DNA of 64,000 bases from Paraspadella gotoi (lineage: Eukaryota; Animalia; Chaetognatha). Positions 12,524 to 26,403 of this stretch are shown here, piece after piece. Positions within the stretch are counted from its first letter, which is position 1. Each line of letters begins with the position of its first letter. Below the pieces are notes generated by a model. That model did not search any database and was not told the DNA's origin. It worked only from the letters and a program-made list of their open reading frames with translations. The stretch is from the NCBI GenBank assembly GCA_051294375.1, contig JBJCIZ010000028.1, positions 1,560,234 to 1,624,233 of the forward strand, in the 5' to 3' direction. The translations under genes were made by a program, and so were the position numbers.

Positions 12524-12763
12524 TGAGGCGACTTACCACCGGTGGTATTGTAGCAGCAAGACTTAAAGCTGCCTCACTCCCGACCTCAGCCTCGTCTCAA
12601 TGGCTGAGCAGGCCAATTCATCTCGTTACAACCGTGCGTCCCGGGTTCAATCCCTGGGTTATCCCAGTTCTGGCGTAAGTGCGACGGTCCCGGTTTAGGA
12701 GGCGGTCACTGAGTGAGGGTCCGCAGCCCTTACGCCAGTTGAGTTACCCGCGTTCCGGGTATA
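12524..12763 (+). mobile_element. tRNA-head/twister element, copy 3 (degenerate ribozyme at 12670-12738)
   Basis: Starts TGAGGCGACTTACCACCGGT, the same terminus as the 9946 hairpin element; A-box TGGCTGAGCAGG, B-box GGGTTCAATCC; P5 CTGGCGTAAG/CTTACGCCAG, GA-CGG T1 pairing with loop TCCGCAGC, P3 TCAC/GTGA; the UAA/P2 segment is mutated. Confidence 0.68.
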
Positions 12764-13154
12764 ATATTTTAAAGAATGTTTCAATGTATGAAAATAATAT
12801 TCAAAAATTGAATTAGATAAAACATTTTTTAACATTGTTTAAATAAGAGATTAAATACTAAATCCTTCATAAAANNNNNNNNNNNNNNNNNNAATATTTT
12901 AAAGAATGTTTCAATGTATGAAAATAATATTCCCAAATTGAATTAGATAAAACATTTTTGAAAAGAAAGCAATATATATTTGTTTAAATAAGAGATTAAA
13001 TACTAAATCCTTCATAAAATATTAAAATAAAAAATAGTGAAACAAGTAATTTGCAAAATTTCATTACCATATAAAGGGGGCAAGAAAAGAAATTAAAAAA
13101 ATAAGGTAGAGAAGATACAGAGAAAAGGACAAAAAAGTTAAGAGAATAAAAAAA

Positions 13155-13272
13155 GTTAATTTTACTTTCACCGACCGGAGTTAAAGAGGGTTTTAAAATA
13201 TTTATAATAATTTTTAAAAAATATATATTTCTAGTTTTTTTAAAAAACGGTCGGCGAAAGTAAAATTTTACC
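13155..13272. mobile_element. short MITE with ~25-bp TIRs (same family as 35880-36094)
   Basis: GTTAATTTTACTTTCACCGACCG ... CGGTCGGCGAAAGTAAAATTTTACC inverted repeats. Confidence 0.65.
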
Positions 13273-13535
13273 TGATACGTAAAAATATCGGGTATCTTAC
13301 GACTAATGGATCCAAATGGCAAAAAAATAAATACCGATCCCCAATTTTGAGTTGATCTAATAATTTGCTAGATTACTTACCTATATTAATGTTGCTAAAA
13401 ACAAAATTTTGTATCCAGCGTAGAACATTGTACCGGGCGCATATAACTAAATCTTACTTTCTGTACAAAATAAGTTGCATAACCAATTACGTTACTCCCT
13501 ATACGTATAAGACAATCTTTTTAAAGCCAAATGGC

Positions 13536-13551
13536 AGCCCTAAAAAGGGCT
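13536..13551 (-). promoter_or_regulatory. histone 3' stem-loop of H2B (variant AGCCCT-TTTT-AGGGCT)
   Basis: 6-bp stem with 4-nt loop shortly after the stop, preceded by CCAAA and followed by an AAAGATTGTC downstream element. Confidence 0.9.
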
Positions 13552-13588
13552 TTTGGGGTGGGGATCTTATGTGTTGATCTTCTTGGAT

Positions 13589-13960
13589 CTACTTGGAGCT
13601 AGTGTATTTGGTGACCGCCTTGGTGCCTTCAGACACGGCGTGCTTGGCCAATTCACCGGGGAGCAGAAGCCTCACGGCCGTCTGAATCTCCCTGGAGGTG
13701 ATGGTCGTCCTCTTGTTGTAATGGGCCAAGCGGGAGGCTTCGGCAGCAATGCGTTCGAAGATGTCGTTGACGAACGAGTTCATGATGCTCATGGCCTTGG
13801 AGGAAACGCCGGTGTCCGGATGAACTTGCTTCAAGACCTTGTAGATGTAGATAGCGTAAGATTCCTTACGCTTTCTCTTCTTTTTCTTCTCACCGGCAGA
13901 ACGGGCAGCCTTGGCCTTACCGGCCTTCTTAGCGCCCTTGGAAGAAACCTTGGGAGGCAT
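13589..13960 (-). CDS. H2B: histone H2B
   Basis: 123 aa [17 protein letters not shown]...[20 protein letters not shown]...AVTKYTSSK; intronless; 3' stem-loop. Confidence 0.99.
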   Translation of the reverse strand: MPPKVSSKGAKKAGKAKAARSAGEKKKKRKRKESYAIYIYKVLKQVHPDTGVSSKAMSIMNSFVNDIFERIAAEASRLAHYNKRTTITSREIQTAVRLLLPGELAKHAVSEGTKAVTKYTSSK

Positions 13961-14724
<764 letters not shown>

Positions 14725-14757
14725 ACAATTGGACTTCAAACTTTCACACACCCCAAT

Positions 14758-14773
14758 AGCCCTTTTTAGGGCT
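14758..14773 (+). promoter_or_regulatory. histone 3' stem-loop of H2A (variant AGCCCT-TTTT-AGGGCT)
   Basis: Stem-loop after the stop, followed by AAAAAGATCTC. Confidence 0.9.
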
Positions 14774-15038
14774 GCCCTTTAATCTAAAAAGATCTCGGAT
14801 ATTATGGTGTGAAAAATTCAATTCATAGTTCTGTAAATTCAATATTTAGTCATGGTTATTGGTTAAACGTTTTTAAGAACAATGTTATTGTAATTTTTTT
14901 CGGCCAAATCTAATTTTTGTTTACTCATACAATGCTCATTTAATAACCATTCTTTGGAGTAAGATTTAACCAGTTATTTGTCCAGTAAGGTAAAGTTCTG
15001 TTGGTCCTATCACCAGTTTTCCNNNNNNNNNNNNNNNN

Positions 15039-15260
15039 GCTGTTTCTTTCGCAGTGCCTCAGTGGACTAATGCACCATTCCAATGTGCGTCCCTGGTTCG
15101 AGCCCTGAGGTCATGTAGAAAGTGGGATGGACCGGGTAACCCGCCTGTAGGCATGGGCCTACTGCCAGATCCAAAGCTCTGGACTACATGAACATGCTTT
15201 CTCGCTGTCACCACGAGGTGACCCCGCTGCGGGTGTGGCGCCCTGTAAAACCAGCCTCTT
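15039..15260 (+). mobile_element. tRNA-head/twister element, copy 2 (5' end in an N gap, 3' end approximate)
   Basis: D-arm-like GTGC-CTCAGTGGACTAAT-GCAC and B-box GGTTCGAGCCC, then a twister fold and GC-rich 3' hairpins. Confidence 0.72.
15111..15191 (+). ncRNA. type P5 twister ribozyme (predicted cleavage U15137/A15138)
   Basis: P5 TCATGTAG/CTACATGA; GTGG-GA-TGGA(T1)-CCGG-G-TAA-CCC-GC-C; P3 GTAGGC/GCCTAC; P4 CCAGA[TCCAAAGC]TCTGG. T1 TCCA/TGGA is fully Watson-Crick and covaries with copy 1. Confidence 0.82.
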
Positions 15261-16486
15261 CAAAGTAAAGTTAGGAATCAAAATTTAGCAGGTATATTTT
15301 AAAACTTATATTAATGATTATTAATCTATTTTTTATGTATATTATAGCCTAGTCTATTTTGTATTATTATCCTTGTATAATATTAAAATTTAATTTTTTT
15401 TAAAATTAGGAATAAAATAATAATTTTAAAAAAATAATTACTTATATCGATTTTTTGTAAGGAATCCAAATCCGTTTTTAAAATTTAAAACTTTGCATTT
15501 TAAAATTTTAGCCTATTGTATACTTATTACTATATACAAATAACTTGCTGGTGCCCACTAATGTATAAAAATAAAAATATTTTTATTAGTTGTTTAATGT
15601 ATTAGATTTTAATTTTATAAAATTTTATTATTTTTATCATTATGATCCAGCTTGACTGAGTGATTTGTTCTCATATCAGTTGAACCAATTTCATTACATC
15701 AAATTCGTTCGAGGCTGATTGTAAATATAATTTTAATTATTTCGACTCGGCTTGCCTCTAGGGCCTTCCTGTTCAGGTCGCTTTATAAATAAAAGGCCTG
15801 ATAAGAAAAGACGGCAATTCATAAAGGAAAGAGATATTACAAACTGTTAAGGAAAACAGAGGGTAGTCGCGGTGCCAGTTTGGAGACAGTCAGGACAGAA
15901 CCGAGATTAACTGAATGAGACTGTCCTTAAAGTTAAAATGTCGTTTGCGGCGTAACCTATCAACTTAAAAAATCACGACTGATGATTGACTGAAAAAAAG
16001 GTCTAGTTTTGCCTCCAAATGAACTGAACGTTGATCGCCATTATTAATGGCATTAGGATTTTATCCTTTAAATTTTTCCTCGTCTTGGGTCATTTACCTT
16101 GTTTGATTATCCATTTCAATTTTCCAACTAATCTATTTTTAAAATGTAAACAGATGAGACTAAGATTATATTTCTTTGAATCAAAGAACCTTTCTTTCGT
16201 CTATTAGAAGTTTGAAAATAATTACAATTATTTCTTAATACAATGGTCGTTTCATATCAAACTTATTCAATTATGAAATCGGTCCGCTTACGATTAGTAA
16301 ATACTTTGAAATATTACGCATTAAACCACACGTTATAACTTATATTTTGTACCAAGTTCACCAGTCGAAAGTTACAGGACTAACCGTCATATAACGTTAC
16401 GACGATCAACTCAGAAGCCAACAAGTCTACTTTAAATATTATTTGATTTAATAAAATAATTCCGACAATCTTTCGAAAAGAATGGT

Positions 16487-16502
16487 GGCCCTAAAAAGGG
16501 CC
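16487..16502 (-). promoter_or_regulatory. histone 3' stem-loop of H4
   Basis: GGCCCT-TTTT-AGGGCC-ACC followed by GAAAGATTGTC. Confidence 0.92.
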
Positions 16503-16552
16503 GTTTGGGCGATGGAACTTCTTGGTTAAAATCCGAGAAACCGACTCGTCTC

Positions 16553-16897
<345 letters not shown>

Positions 16898-17520
16898 TTA
16901 TAAAATTCACAGAATGATTAAACCCGATTTTCTTCATGTTATATACTCTTTGATCGAACCTCAACGGTTGCCTGCTTAATATTCGTGCCAATCAGCTCTA
17001 GGCGATTTCTCGAAAAATCGACGAATCAGAGAGCGTCCGACTCGAGCGGGAAAACGCGAAATCCGTTGAGCGGGAAATTCGGTTTTACGAAGAACAAAGA
17101 CTTGAATGGAAATGAATGGAATGGCAACGGTTTCTATAAAGAAGAAAGGGGGGGGGGTTAATTTGACAAAGAAAAGTGGGAGCCTTTTGTACCTTGCCGT
17201 TGGCGCCAAGAACAATGACAATATTAGACCTATTTCTACTTGGATACGTTAAGTTTCGTAGAATATGACGTATTATTTCTTTCGTTTCCTTCCGTTGGAT
17301 TTAGAAACGAAGTAATAAGTTTTTAATAGTTTACAACGAAAAGAATGTTACGTATACACCGCTTGGGACTAAGTTTTGAATAGTTTCGAAGTGGCACGAT
17401 TAAACAAAGTTGCTTTTTATTTGAAAGATTCATTAATATTATTTTGAATAACTTTTAAACCGATCAAGGCCTAGTAAAAGGCCGAGAAAACGGTTTGCGT
17501 TTGACTCTTTTTAAAAATAC

Positions 17521-17698
17521 TATGGCAACATCCGGGATGCCTGTGATGCCCATTGGGATGGGGCATCTCACTGCTGGCTTTGGGGGCTTCCGACCCTCAG
17601 TGACGCATCCAGTCACTGGCGCGGTTACCCTAGGATGACGTTAGAAAGTCGTTAGGACTGTGGATGGAACGATGGTGGTGTGAATATATACCGCCACA
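17521..17698 (-). mobile_element. internally deleted twister element, copy 5, with perfect 4-bp TSD (ATAC)
   Basis: Termini TGTGGC...GCCATA on the - strand with ATAC on both flanks; retains CCTAGG-G-TAA-CCGC-GC, P3 CAGTGAC/GTCACTG and P4 GGG[TCGGAAGC]CCC; tRNA head and GA/T1 strand are missing; homologous to 35590-35858. Confidence 0.78.
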
Positions 17699-19138
17699 AT
17701 ACGCTTTTTTTTTGAAGGGGAAACAAGCTACATATTCTATATTCTATACAAAACATATTATAGTGAAGCGACTTAACTCAGGCATTAGATACATTCAATT
17801 TTTCTTTAACGTTTCAACAGTTTAAGTTCTGGTTAACAATAATCAGAGACTAAAGAAATGTTGGCTAAGAATCTTTGACCTAAAATATTGTTATAAAATT
17901 GGTAAGACCATCCATAAAATTATTTATCCATTTAATATTCAATCTCTCTTACCTTCACCTCTTACCTTACAGTTTCTATTTCAAAAATGTAATTCGAAAA
18001 ATTAGCTATTATCTCTCAATATTACTATAATTCTACTAAATTCCACAGCTCATCCATACTATTACTTAAAATCGACAATCATGATAGGGACAATGCCATA
18101 CATCTGTGTTGAGAACAAAACGTGAGTCATACATTATGAAAATAAACTTATTAAATCCCAACAATTTTAATTGTATATTAATAATAAATGAAACAGAAAA
18201 TCCTGAAACTTTGAATCTAAAATTGGAACATTTTACAATAAATATCAAAATACGTAATTTATAAAAAAATTGTTGGAGGGACATTAAAAAGAATCTTCCG
18301 TCAATTAACAATAGCTTTAATATTGAAATAAATCATTGCCAAACGTGTGTTAAATATCTTTCTCTTCGAATCTTAAAATTATAATTTATAGAATTTCCAA
18401 TGACATTAAAAACTACGGCAGTCTGAATGTACCTGTGATTTTTAAAACGTATCAGTTATCAGGAGTCCCAACAGAAAAATATTAAATATTAAATCTAATT
18501 AAAAGTTTTACTTAAAGTTTAATTGGGAGACGGATGCTAGCGTTGTCTTATGAAAATATAGGGGGCATCTGGACAACGCGAGGGTAAAAATATTTTCTGT
18601 CCTATCTTTCTAATATGAATATTATTATTAAACAATGTTTTTTGTTAGGTAAAATAGAAAGGGGTGAAGGGGAAAATTTATTTTGGGATAAGCGTAATTT
18701 ATGATTCGTTACTGTTATAGGATAAGACCACCGAGTTGAATTAGAATAATTCTACAGTGAATGATTAGAGTAAAGATACATACAGGTTTTTTAATTAGAT
18801 TTTATCTGTCCAAGTTGATTACTCGCACTTAATCGGCTATTGGACGTTTATGCAAGGATAAACATTCACTTATATAAACTCGGTTGTTGTTTATTAATTA
18901 AGATGTCAAACTGTATAATAAAAAAATTGGCATACTAATGACTCTTAAAAACTTTATACGAACGCCCGTGCTATTAAAAATGATAATTTCTTCTTGGCTA
19001 TAATTAAAACGGCGAAATTATATTAAGTAATAGTAAAAATTTAAAAAAATAATCAGTTCTTGTCATCATTTAATAATAATGCTAAAAAATCGTACGATTT
19101 ACTCGTTTCTCCAAATTTCGGATCAGCGGTTCGGATGA

Positions 19139-19687
<549 letters not shown>

Positions 19688-19724
19688 AGAGTTCCACAAG
19701 TTGGACATTTGAACTAACCCAAAA

Positions 19725-19740
19725 GGCCCTTTTCAGGGCC
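19725..19740 (+). promoter_or_regulatory. histone 3' stem-loop of H3
   Basis: GGCCCT-TTTC-AGGGCC-ACAC followed by GAAAGATCGTC. Confidence 0.93.
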
Positions 19741-21468
19741 ACACACGATTTTTGAAAGATCGTCATGATAGCTTACTGCTTCATTAAACTAATTACGTTC
19801 AATGACATATATATATACATATGTATATAAGTTATAATCCAAGACGCGACACATGCAATGATAGTGAGTCTCGACCGAATTAAATGACTAAACTTAATTC
19901 AAAAATTATATATTTATTATTTATAAAATTTATATCTGCTGATTTTTAAAAAAACATCCACAATTACTAGTTGGGTTTTAGTTTTGCCATGGTCCCAACG
20001 TCACTCGTATATTCACAAATCTTATCCCGACTTCCAGCCTTATTAAACGTTATTAAAACCCTGTGAACAAATTAAGAGAAAATAACCTTAAATGGAAAGT
20101 TAAATTTGAAGAGCTCCGTTTTAAAGAACGCCCGGACGCTATTCCAATGGGCATGCAGGAAATATTTTGCCCCCCGGCTTTTGATGCAGGGCAGTGTTTG
20201 GATTGCTGCAAAGATGAGCTGAATTTATTCCGACACCGGGACTATTGCAAAGCTGGAGCTACATTGACGCCCATTCTGCTGCAAATACTGTACTGTATAT
20301 ACCGTACCAACCCAAGAAGTTTCTAATACAACACATTCAACTCAATCAACTGAAACTTAGCAGTGAGCACCAAAGGCGCGTACAAATAGTATTAAAAGAA
20401 TAGGGATCTCGCCAGAACTTTACAGTAGTCTTTATAGTAAAAAAGCGTGTGCATTGGAAGAGAAAAATAGAAATAAATACCGACGCAATAAATTTTATCC
20501 GAGGTTCATCAACCAACTTGAATTTTTTAACATAAATTATTTGCTTTACCATACTCCAAAGATTAAGTACACATTTCCAATAAGAAAGACTTATTTCTAT
20601 TAGACGGCTTCTAATCGTACTTACGATTATCGGTTCGAGAAAAGTATTCGGATATTGTAAAAAACTGCAATATGCAAATGAGATTAAAAGCGTATTCCGA
20701 AACATCGTCGACGGCGCTGTATTCAATGCGCCGAAGGTGCGCCTGCAGCTTTGGCGGCGCCGTAGGGTATGCTGCTTCCAAGGCCCCAACATCAAACGTG
20801 GAAAGGGCCGTAATGATTTTATCATCATGATTCCAATTAAAAATATTGAGCGCCATCTGTCATCGGTTAACTTTATATTAAATATATTGGGTTAAATGTA
20901 TTTAAAGTAAATATTAAAATTAAATTCTGGGATGAACGAACAGAAATGGAAAACTTTATTTAACCTTTATTAAACTATATAACTCAAAAGACCAATGAAG
21001 ATAACTTCTAATAAAAGAATACTTAGGCGAAGTAGTCTAAAGTTTTCCCAACAAACAAATAAGCTGACACGAAATCTGGGAAGCCAATCTTTCGTCCAAC
21101 TGAGTTGTACAGTTTCTACAACAACGACGTTTTCGCTCGGGTATTCCCTTCTGCAAGCATTTGCTCCGCTGAATTTCGAATTATATGTTAAAAGAAACGT
21201 TTAGATAATGATAAATTTTAATTAACTAGTAATTCCCAACGACTAAAGAATAAAATAAAGTTAAATCCGTTAATGACTAATATCTGATTCCGAAACTGAT
21301 AATTTTGAATATTTTTTTTTTTTGTGGAAACACTGACCCAACAATTTACTTACAATTTTTTTTTCATTTGTCTCTCTAATTTATAAAGGCGACAAATCTT
21401 GGGACATGTATCCCGTGAATCTTATGAACCTTATTAACACTTCAAAACCACGAATTCCTTTTTTCAGA

Positions 21469-22900
21469 ATGCTCGCTCACGCTCCGTCATCTCACGTAAC
21501 CGTCAGCGTTCCTCCGGACACTCCGGTCCGCGTGGCCGACGGAACGACGGTCAATTTGACGGAGGGCGCCTCCGTCGATTTCAACGACGGTGCAGCCATC
21601 TCTCTGCCGGGCGGCGTTACGATCTCGTCCACCGGGACAACGTCGGTCACCCTGTCAGCTGGTGAAGCTGCGGAAGAATCCGGCGCTGCTGCCGCTGCTG
21701 AATCTCCGGACGAGGGCGAATGCAGCATCATTCGTCTCAACGTGGGAGGCGTCAACTATGCCACAACAAAGGCGACGCTCGGCCGATTTCCAGATTCGTT
21801 GTTGGGACAAATGATGAGCGACGAAATGACGCCCCAGCGGGATGACACTGGCGCTATCTTCATTGACAGAAACGGAGAATTGTTTGGGTAATGGGTATTG
21901 GTATTTAGCCACTTCAGTCTTTAGTAACATTATACCAATAAAAAATGAATTACCAATTTTTTAATAAATTGTTAAGCCAACCCACAGAAATTGTACTAGT
22001 GAACACTGAAGAGCCTTGTTTCACGCAGGGCGCCGCTCCCTGAGCATTCCGCAATGTCGCCACTTGGCGACAGTGAAACAACTTCTTCAAGTCGTCCAGA
22101 GCTTGGGATTCGTTGGTAGTAGAAACAAGGAATTGGCCCTTTAATTTGGTTAGACTAAAAGGGCCACCAGAGAGGATACTAAGCAACTTTCTTTATTCTA
22201 GCGGCCTTTGCATTGAGGGGCAGTGGGGGCTGCGTACAAGTAAACATACCTATGTAACAGTAATCTGCCATTCCCAGAATAATTTTGTGGCAATATTATC
22301 GCCGATAACTATCTAAAAAAAACTGTAGAGTATAATTTTACATGTGAAAACATTTCAGAAAACAGCCAAACAGAGACCAAAGACAAAAACCTATTATATT
22401 ACATTCCTTTCAGATTAATCCTCGACTTGCTTCGTGATGTTCCAGATTTTCATCTTTCTGAAAATTTCAATGATTTTGAAAGAATCACGAACGAGGCCGC
22501 ATATTATGGTCTCCGAGAAGGAAGGAAGATGTTGGAAGAGATGAGGATGAACCGGGAAAAGAAAATCATGCCGCCGCCGCCGCTGCCGCCCCAGCCGCCG
22601 CCGACAACCGGCCAAGGATTCAACCAAGGTTATTTGGCGGAAGTCACCACATATTTCGGTCACTGTCGAGTCTCGGGCGGGGCTTTGTCGCGCGCCTTGG
22701 GAAAGAATAGCGAGGACTTTGAAGTCCACTTGTCCAAGACGAGAGTGGACGAGCTTTTCGGCGACGCGAATGGGAGGCTCTTGCATTCTTCAATCGCGTT
22801 GGCGGGCGGGTCACACGTTCACAAAAGCACTTGGTTCGTTCCAAAATCCAGTTTATCGTTTATAAAGTCGCGATTTCCGAACGAATGTTGCATAAGTTGA
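21469..22900 (+). CDS. KCTD-like BTB/POZ (T1-type) domain protein, paralog 1 (exons 21469-21887, 22414-22900)
   Basis: IIRLNVGGVNYATTKATLGRFPDSLLGQM...IFIDRNGELFG|LILDLLRD...EAAYYGL is the KCTD/Kv-T1 BTB signature; phase-2 GT-AG intron. Start codon not certain. Confidence 0.85.
21992..22238. other. GC-richer structured insertion in the intron of BTB paralog 1
   Basis: Multibranch fold TTGTTTCAC/GTGAAACAA enclosing CAGGG/CCCTG and TGTCGCCA/TGGCGACA, a second hairpin TGGCCCTTT/AAAGGGCCA, and TGTAC...GTACA ends. Confidence 0.45.
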
Positions 22901-23859
22901 GGAATTTATGATTTTATACTAATTTAATTTTCACGGAAATCGACATAAACCTTCACGTTGAAAATTTTTAAAAAAATTATTTAATCGGGAAAAGTGGGCG
23001 TAATTACTTTGTCAAGTTTGTGTAAATAAAATAAAAAAAAGGAATTTTCATAAAATATTTGTTTTTATTGTTCTTTCTTTTTGTTGATAAGATAAGATGA
23101 GATAAGATACTGAATAAAAGACGATTTATCATCGTCGTCATCCTTATTAAAGTAAAAAGTTAATTTAGTTTATTTTTTTTTTATGATCAACAATTTATTT
23201 AACCGAGATTCGTCAGTCAAAATATTTTTGTAATTATTCAATTAAAAAATAAGTTTGAGCAAACAACGAAGGATCTGAACGCGGAATTTTGGAAATTCAT
23301 TCATTGTTTAAATATAGATTATAGAGATGTATTTTCTGCTAATATCAAAAACTGACTGGGCTAAAAATAAGATTATTATTTAATACTAATCAATAATAAT
23401 AATAATCAATCATTTGTTTAACAAATTAACTTGACGTGCGAACGCAACATTCATGACATCTGTATGAGTGTCAAGATACGAAACAAAAGCGACAAATATT
23501 TCTGGGAAATTCAACCTCATTTATTTCATTTAGTGACAACAGTTAACAGTTATTCGCATTATTAAACATTATTAAACATCGAAAGTAATTCTAAATTAAA
23601 CAAGTTCGCCAAGAGTCACCGTGAAACGAAAAGATCAAATACTGTGGGCCACAGTGTGGCTAAATTATTAATTGAACTTAAAAGCGACTTCAAATTTTGC
23701 ACCCTCGTAGAAAAATTCACTGATACTTTTTTCTTTCCAGATTGCTAAGTTTCTTAGTTAATATGTGCTTGGAAATGCCATGGTCGAATTTAAAAAAAAA
23801 ATTATGAAAAAAACTGAAATATTGTAAAATTTGGGTTTGCTTTACAAATATAAATATTA

Positions 23860-24482
23860 GGGTGGAGTGATGAAAAGATTGAGTGATTGAACATTATTTT
23901 TTTGCTGCCTATGGACATATAATTAATGAATTTTAAATCCTTTTAAAAATTTTTTTAGCATAACAGTATAGCAAATTCAATTATTTATATAGTAATATCC
24001 TTACAAAATCGTCAAATTTCAAAATATTTTTTTTTATTTTTAAGAACTGATTTGGATTCGCTGTAAAAAACTAAAAAACTTTTATAAAATATGTTATATG
24101 ATATTTTAATATTTAGATCATAAAAAATGATTAAAACGTTTTAACATATATAAGCTTCTACTACAGAGAATAAAAATATAAGGAATTTTCACCTTTTTTC
24201 TTATTTTAAACATTGAAAATGACAGAATTTTTGATAACATGTTTTATATTTTTGATTCAACTTTTTATGAAGAATCTGAATCTTTATTAAAAGTTTTATA
24301 AAAATTATTTTTAAAATTTACTATTTTATAAGGATATTATTACAAATATATTATATTTTACTATTCTGTTCCCGAGATAATATGAACAAAATATTTTTTG
24401 TACTAGTTAATCATACTATCTTACATCTAAATATCATTGTTCGATCATTCAAATAAATTTTTTGTTCTTGAGTGCTCCACTC
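23860..24482 (+). mobile_element. ~620-bp AT-rich MITE
   Basis: TA|GGGTGGAG ... CTCCACTC|TA imperfect TIRs with TA flanks; a second copy lies inverted at 8290-8860. Confidence 0.75.
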
Positions 24483-24943
24483 TAATAAATATTGGAGTAT
24501 GTATCTGAACAATCAGAATGTCAAACACTTTTTCACTTTCCCAAAGACAGCCCTTTTCATTTTATAGTTTTTTTTAGTTACAATGATCTGGCAAAAGTCT
24601 GTTACCTTACTAAACTTGGAAATATATTAATGGGAATTTTTGTTTATGCTCCCAAGACAATATACTAACTAGTAATTAATGAATGTTTAAGAAATTATAA
24701 TATTCGTCTTAATTTTTTTCAAAATAAATTTTAAATTAAACTATCAAAGAAGAGGGGAAAAATTCTTCAAAAAAAAAAAAAAAAAGCTGTTGGAAAGCAA
24801 GCGCACCAGTAGTGGTTATGATGTTAATGATTCTCAATTTGTAATAAAAAAAAAAATTAAATAAAATAAAATAGAATTTTTAAAACTAATCGAATATCAA
24901 TCATATTGACATTTCTTAAAAATTTATAAAAAATTTAGTCAAT

Positions 24944-26403
24944 ATGCCGGCCCGTACGCCGAGCGTGACGGTCACCGTCCAGCCCAACACTCCGGTCCGC
25001 GTGGCCGACGGAACGACGGTCAATTTGACAGAGGGCGCCTCCGTCGATTTCGACGACGGTGCTGCCATCTCTCTGCCGGGCGGCGTCAAGATATCGTCCA
25101 TCGGGGCAACGTCGGTCACGCTGTCGGCGGCTGCAGCTGCCGAAGAATCCGGAGCTGCCGCCGCTGCTAAATCTCCCGGCGGCGAATGCAGCATCATTCG
25201 TCTCAACGTGGGAGGCGTCAATTACGTGACGACGAAGGCGACGCTCAGTAAAATTCCAGATTCGTTGTTGGGGCGAATGATGAGCGGCGAAGTGACGCCG
25301 CAAAGGGACGAAGCCGGCGCTATATTTATGGATAGAAACGGAAAGATGTTCGGGTATTTAATACATTTTTATCGACAATATTTAACTTTAAAAATACTGT
25401 TTATTCACGTTATTTTACTCGAAATACTTGCTTCGTCTTTCGGTTCAAAAATTTCAGTTTCAACGCAATCATTTTGTAACAATTTTCTGACATTAAAAAT
25501 TTAAATGTGACTTATAATTTATAATATATAATATATTATAAATCCATAATTTTATTAATGTCGAAACTAGTAAATACTTTTTTTGATGAAAAGACGAACT
25601 TGTTACTTCGTTGTTCCCAATTTTTTTTTTATCTCAGTGGAGGACGGAATTTTTAGTGAAAAGAATTCGATACCAAAGTAAAATGAACGAGAGTTTATTT
25701 CAGTATAACATCGAAGGGAAAATGCGCGCGAGAATAAAATAACAATGACTTTTATATGAACTACTTTGTTTACCAAAGTAGGAATGTGAAAGGGAATGGA
25801 ATTTTAGGCCGAAAAATATTATTTACATTTTTGTAATTCACCGAATTCTTTCTCTCAATCTTCACTTCTCAATGCAAAGCACTTTTTAATATGAGAAATT
25901 TATACCCAGTGAATATTGAATAAACAAACAAACCAAATATTTAATTTCAGCTTCATACTCGATTATCTTCGCGGAAACGATCAATTTGTTCCCTCCAAGT
26001 TCAACTTCGACGACTTGGAAAGACTGAAGCAAGAAGCAGTATATTATCATTTGAAAGATTTGATTTCAATTTTAGACGCGCGAGTCGGCAACTTGCACCT
26101 CCCAGAACGAGTTGAGACGGAGAGTTTTTTAAAGGTGCGCTTTTAGCCGAAGTCGTGACTTATTTTGATCACTGTATGCTTTCCTGTTACGAGTTGTCAA
26201 ACATTTTAGAAAGGGACGGCGATTTAGAAATATTAATAAGCAAACCAAAAATGGATGATATTTTTCGCCATGCTGGATGCAGCCTGTTGCATTCCTCGTT
26301 TGCTTTGAGGGACGGAGATCACGTTCATAAGAGCACTTGGCGCGTTCCGATTTCGTCTTTTGATCATATCAAAATGAGGGTCGAGGAGAAAATTAAAATA
26401 TAA
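24944..26403 (+). CDS. KCTD-like BTB/POZ domain protein, paralog 2 (exons 24944-25353, 25951-26403; apparent frameshift near 26140)
   Basis: IIRLNVGGVNYVTTKATLSKIPDSLLGRM...DRNGKMFG|FILDYLRG...EAVYYHL; after a frame change the C-terminus aligns with paralog 1 (LAEVxTYFxHC, LLHSSxAL, HVHKSTW). Sequencing error or recent pseudogenisation. Confidence 0.8.

Noticed and set aside
12764-13018. Direct repeat flanking the N gap
   Set aside because: Typical unmerged contig-end overlap rather than a biological duplication.
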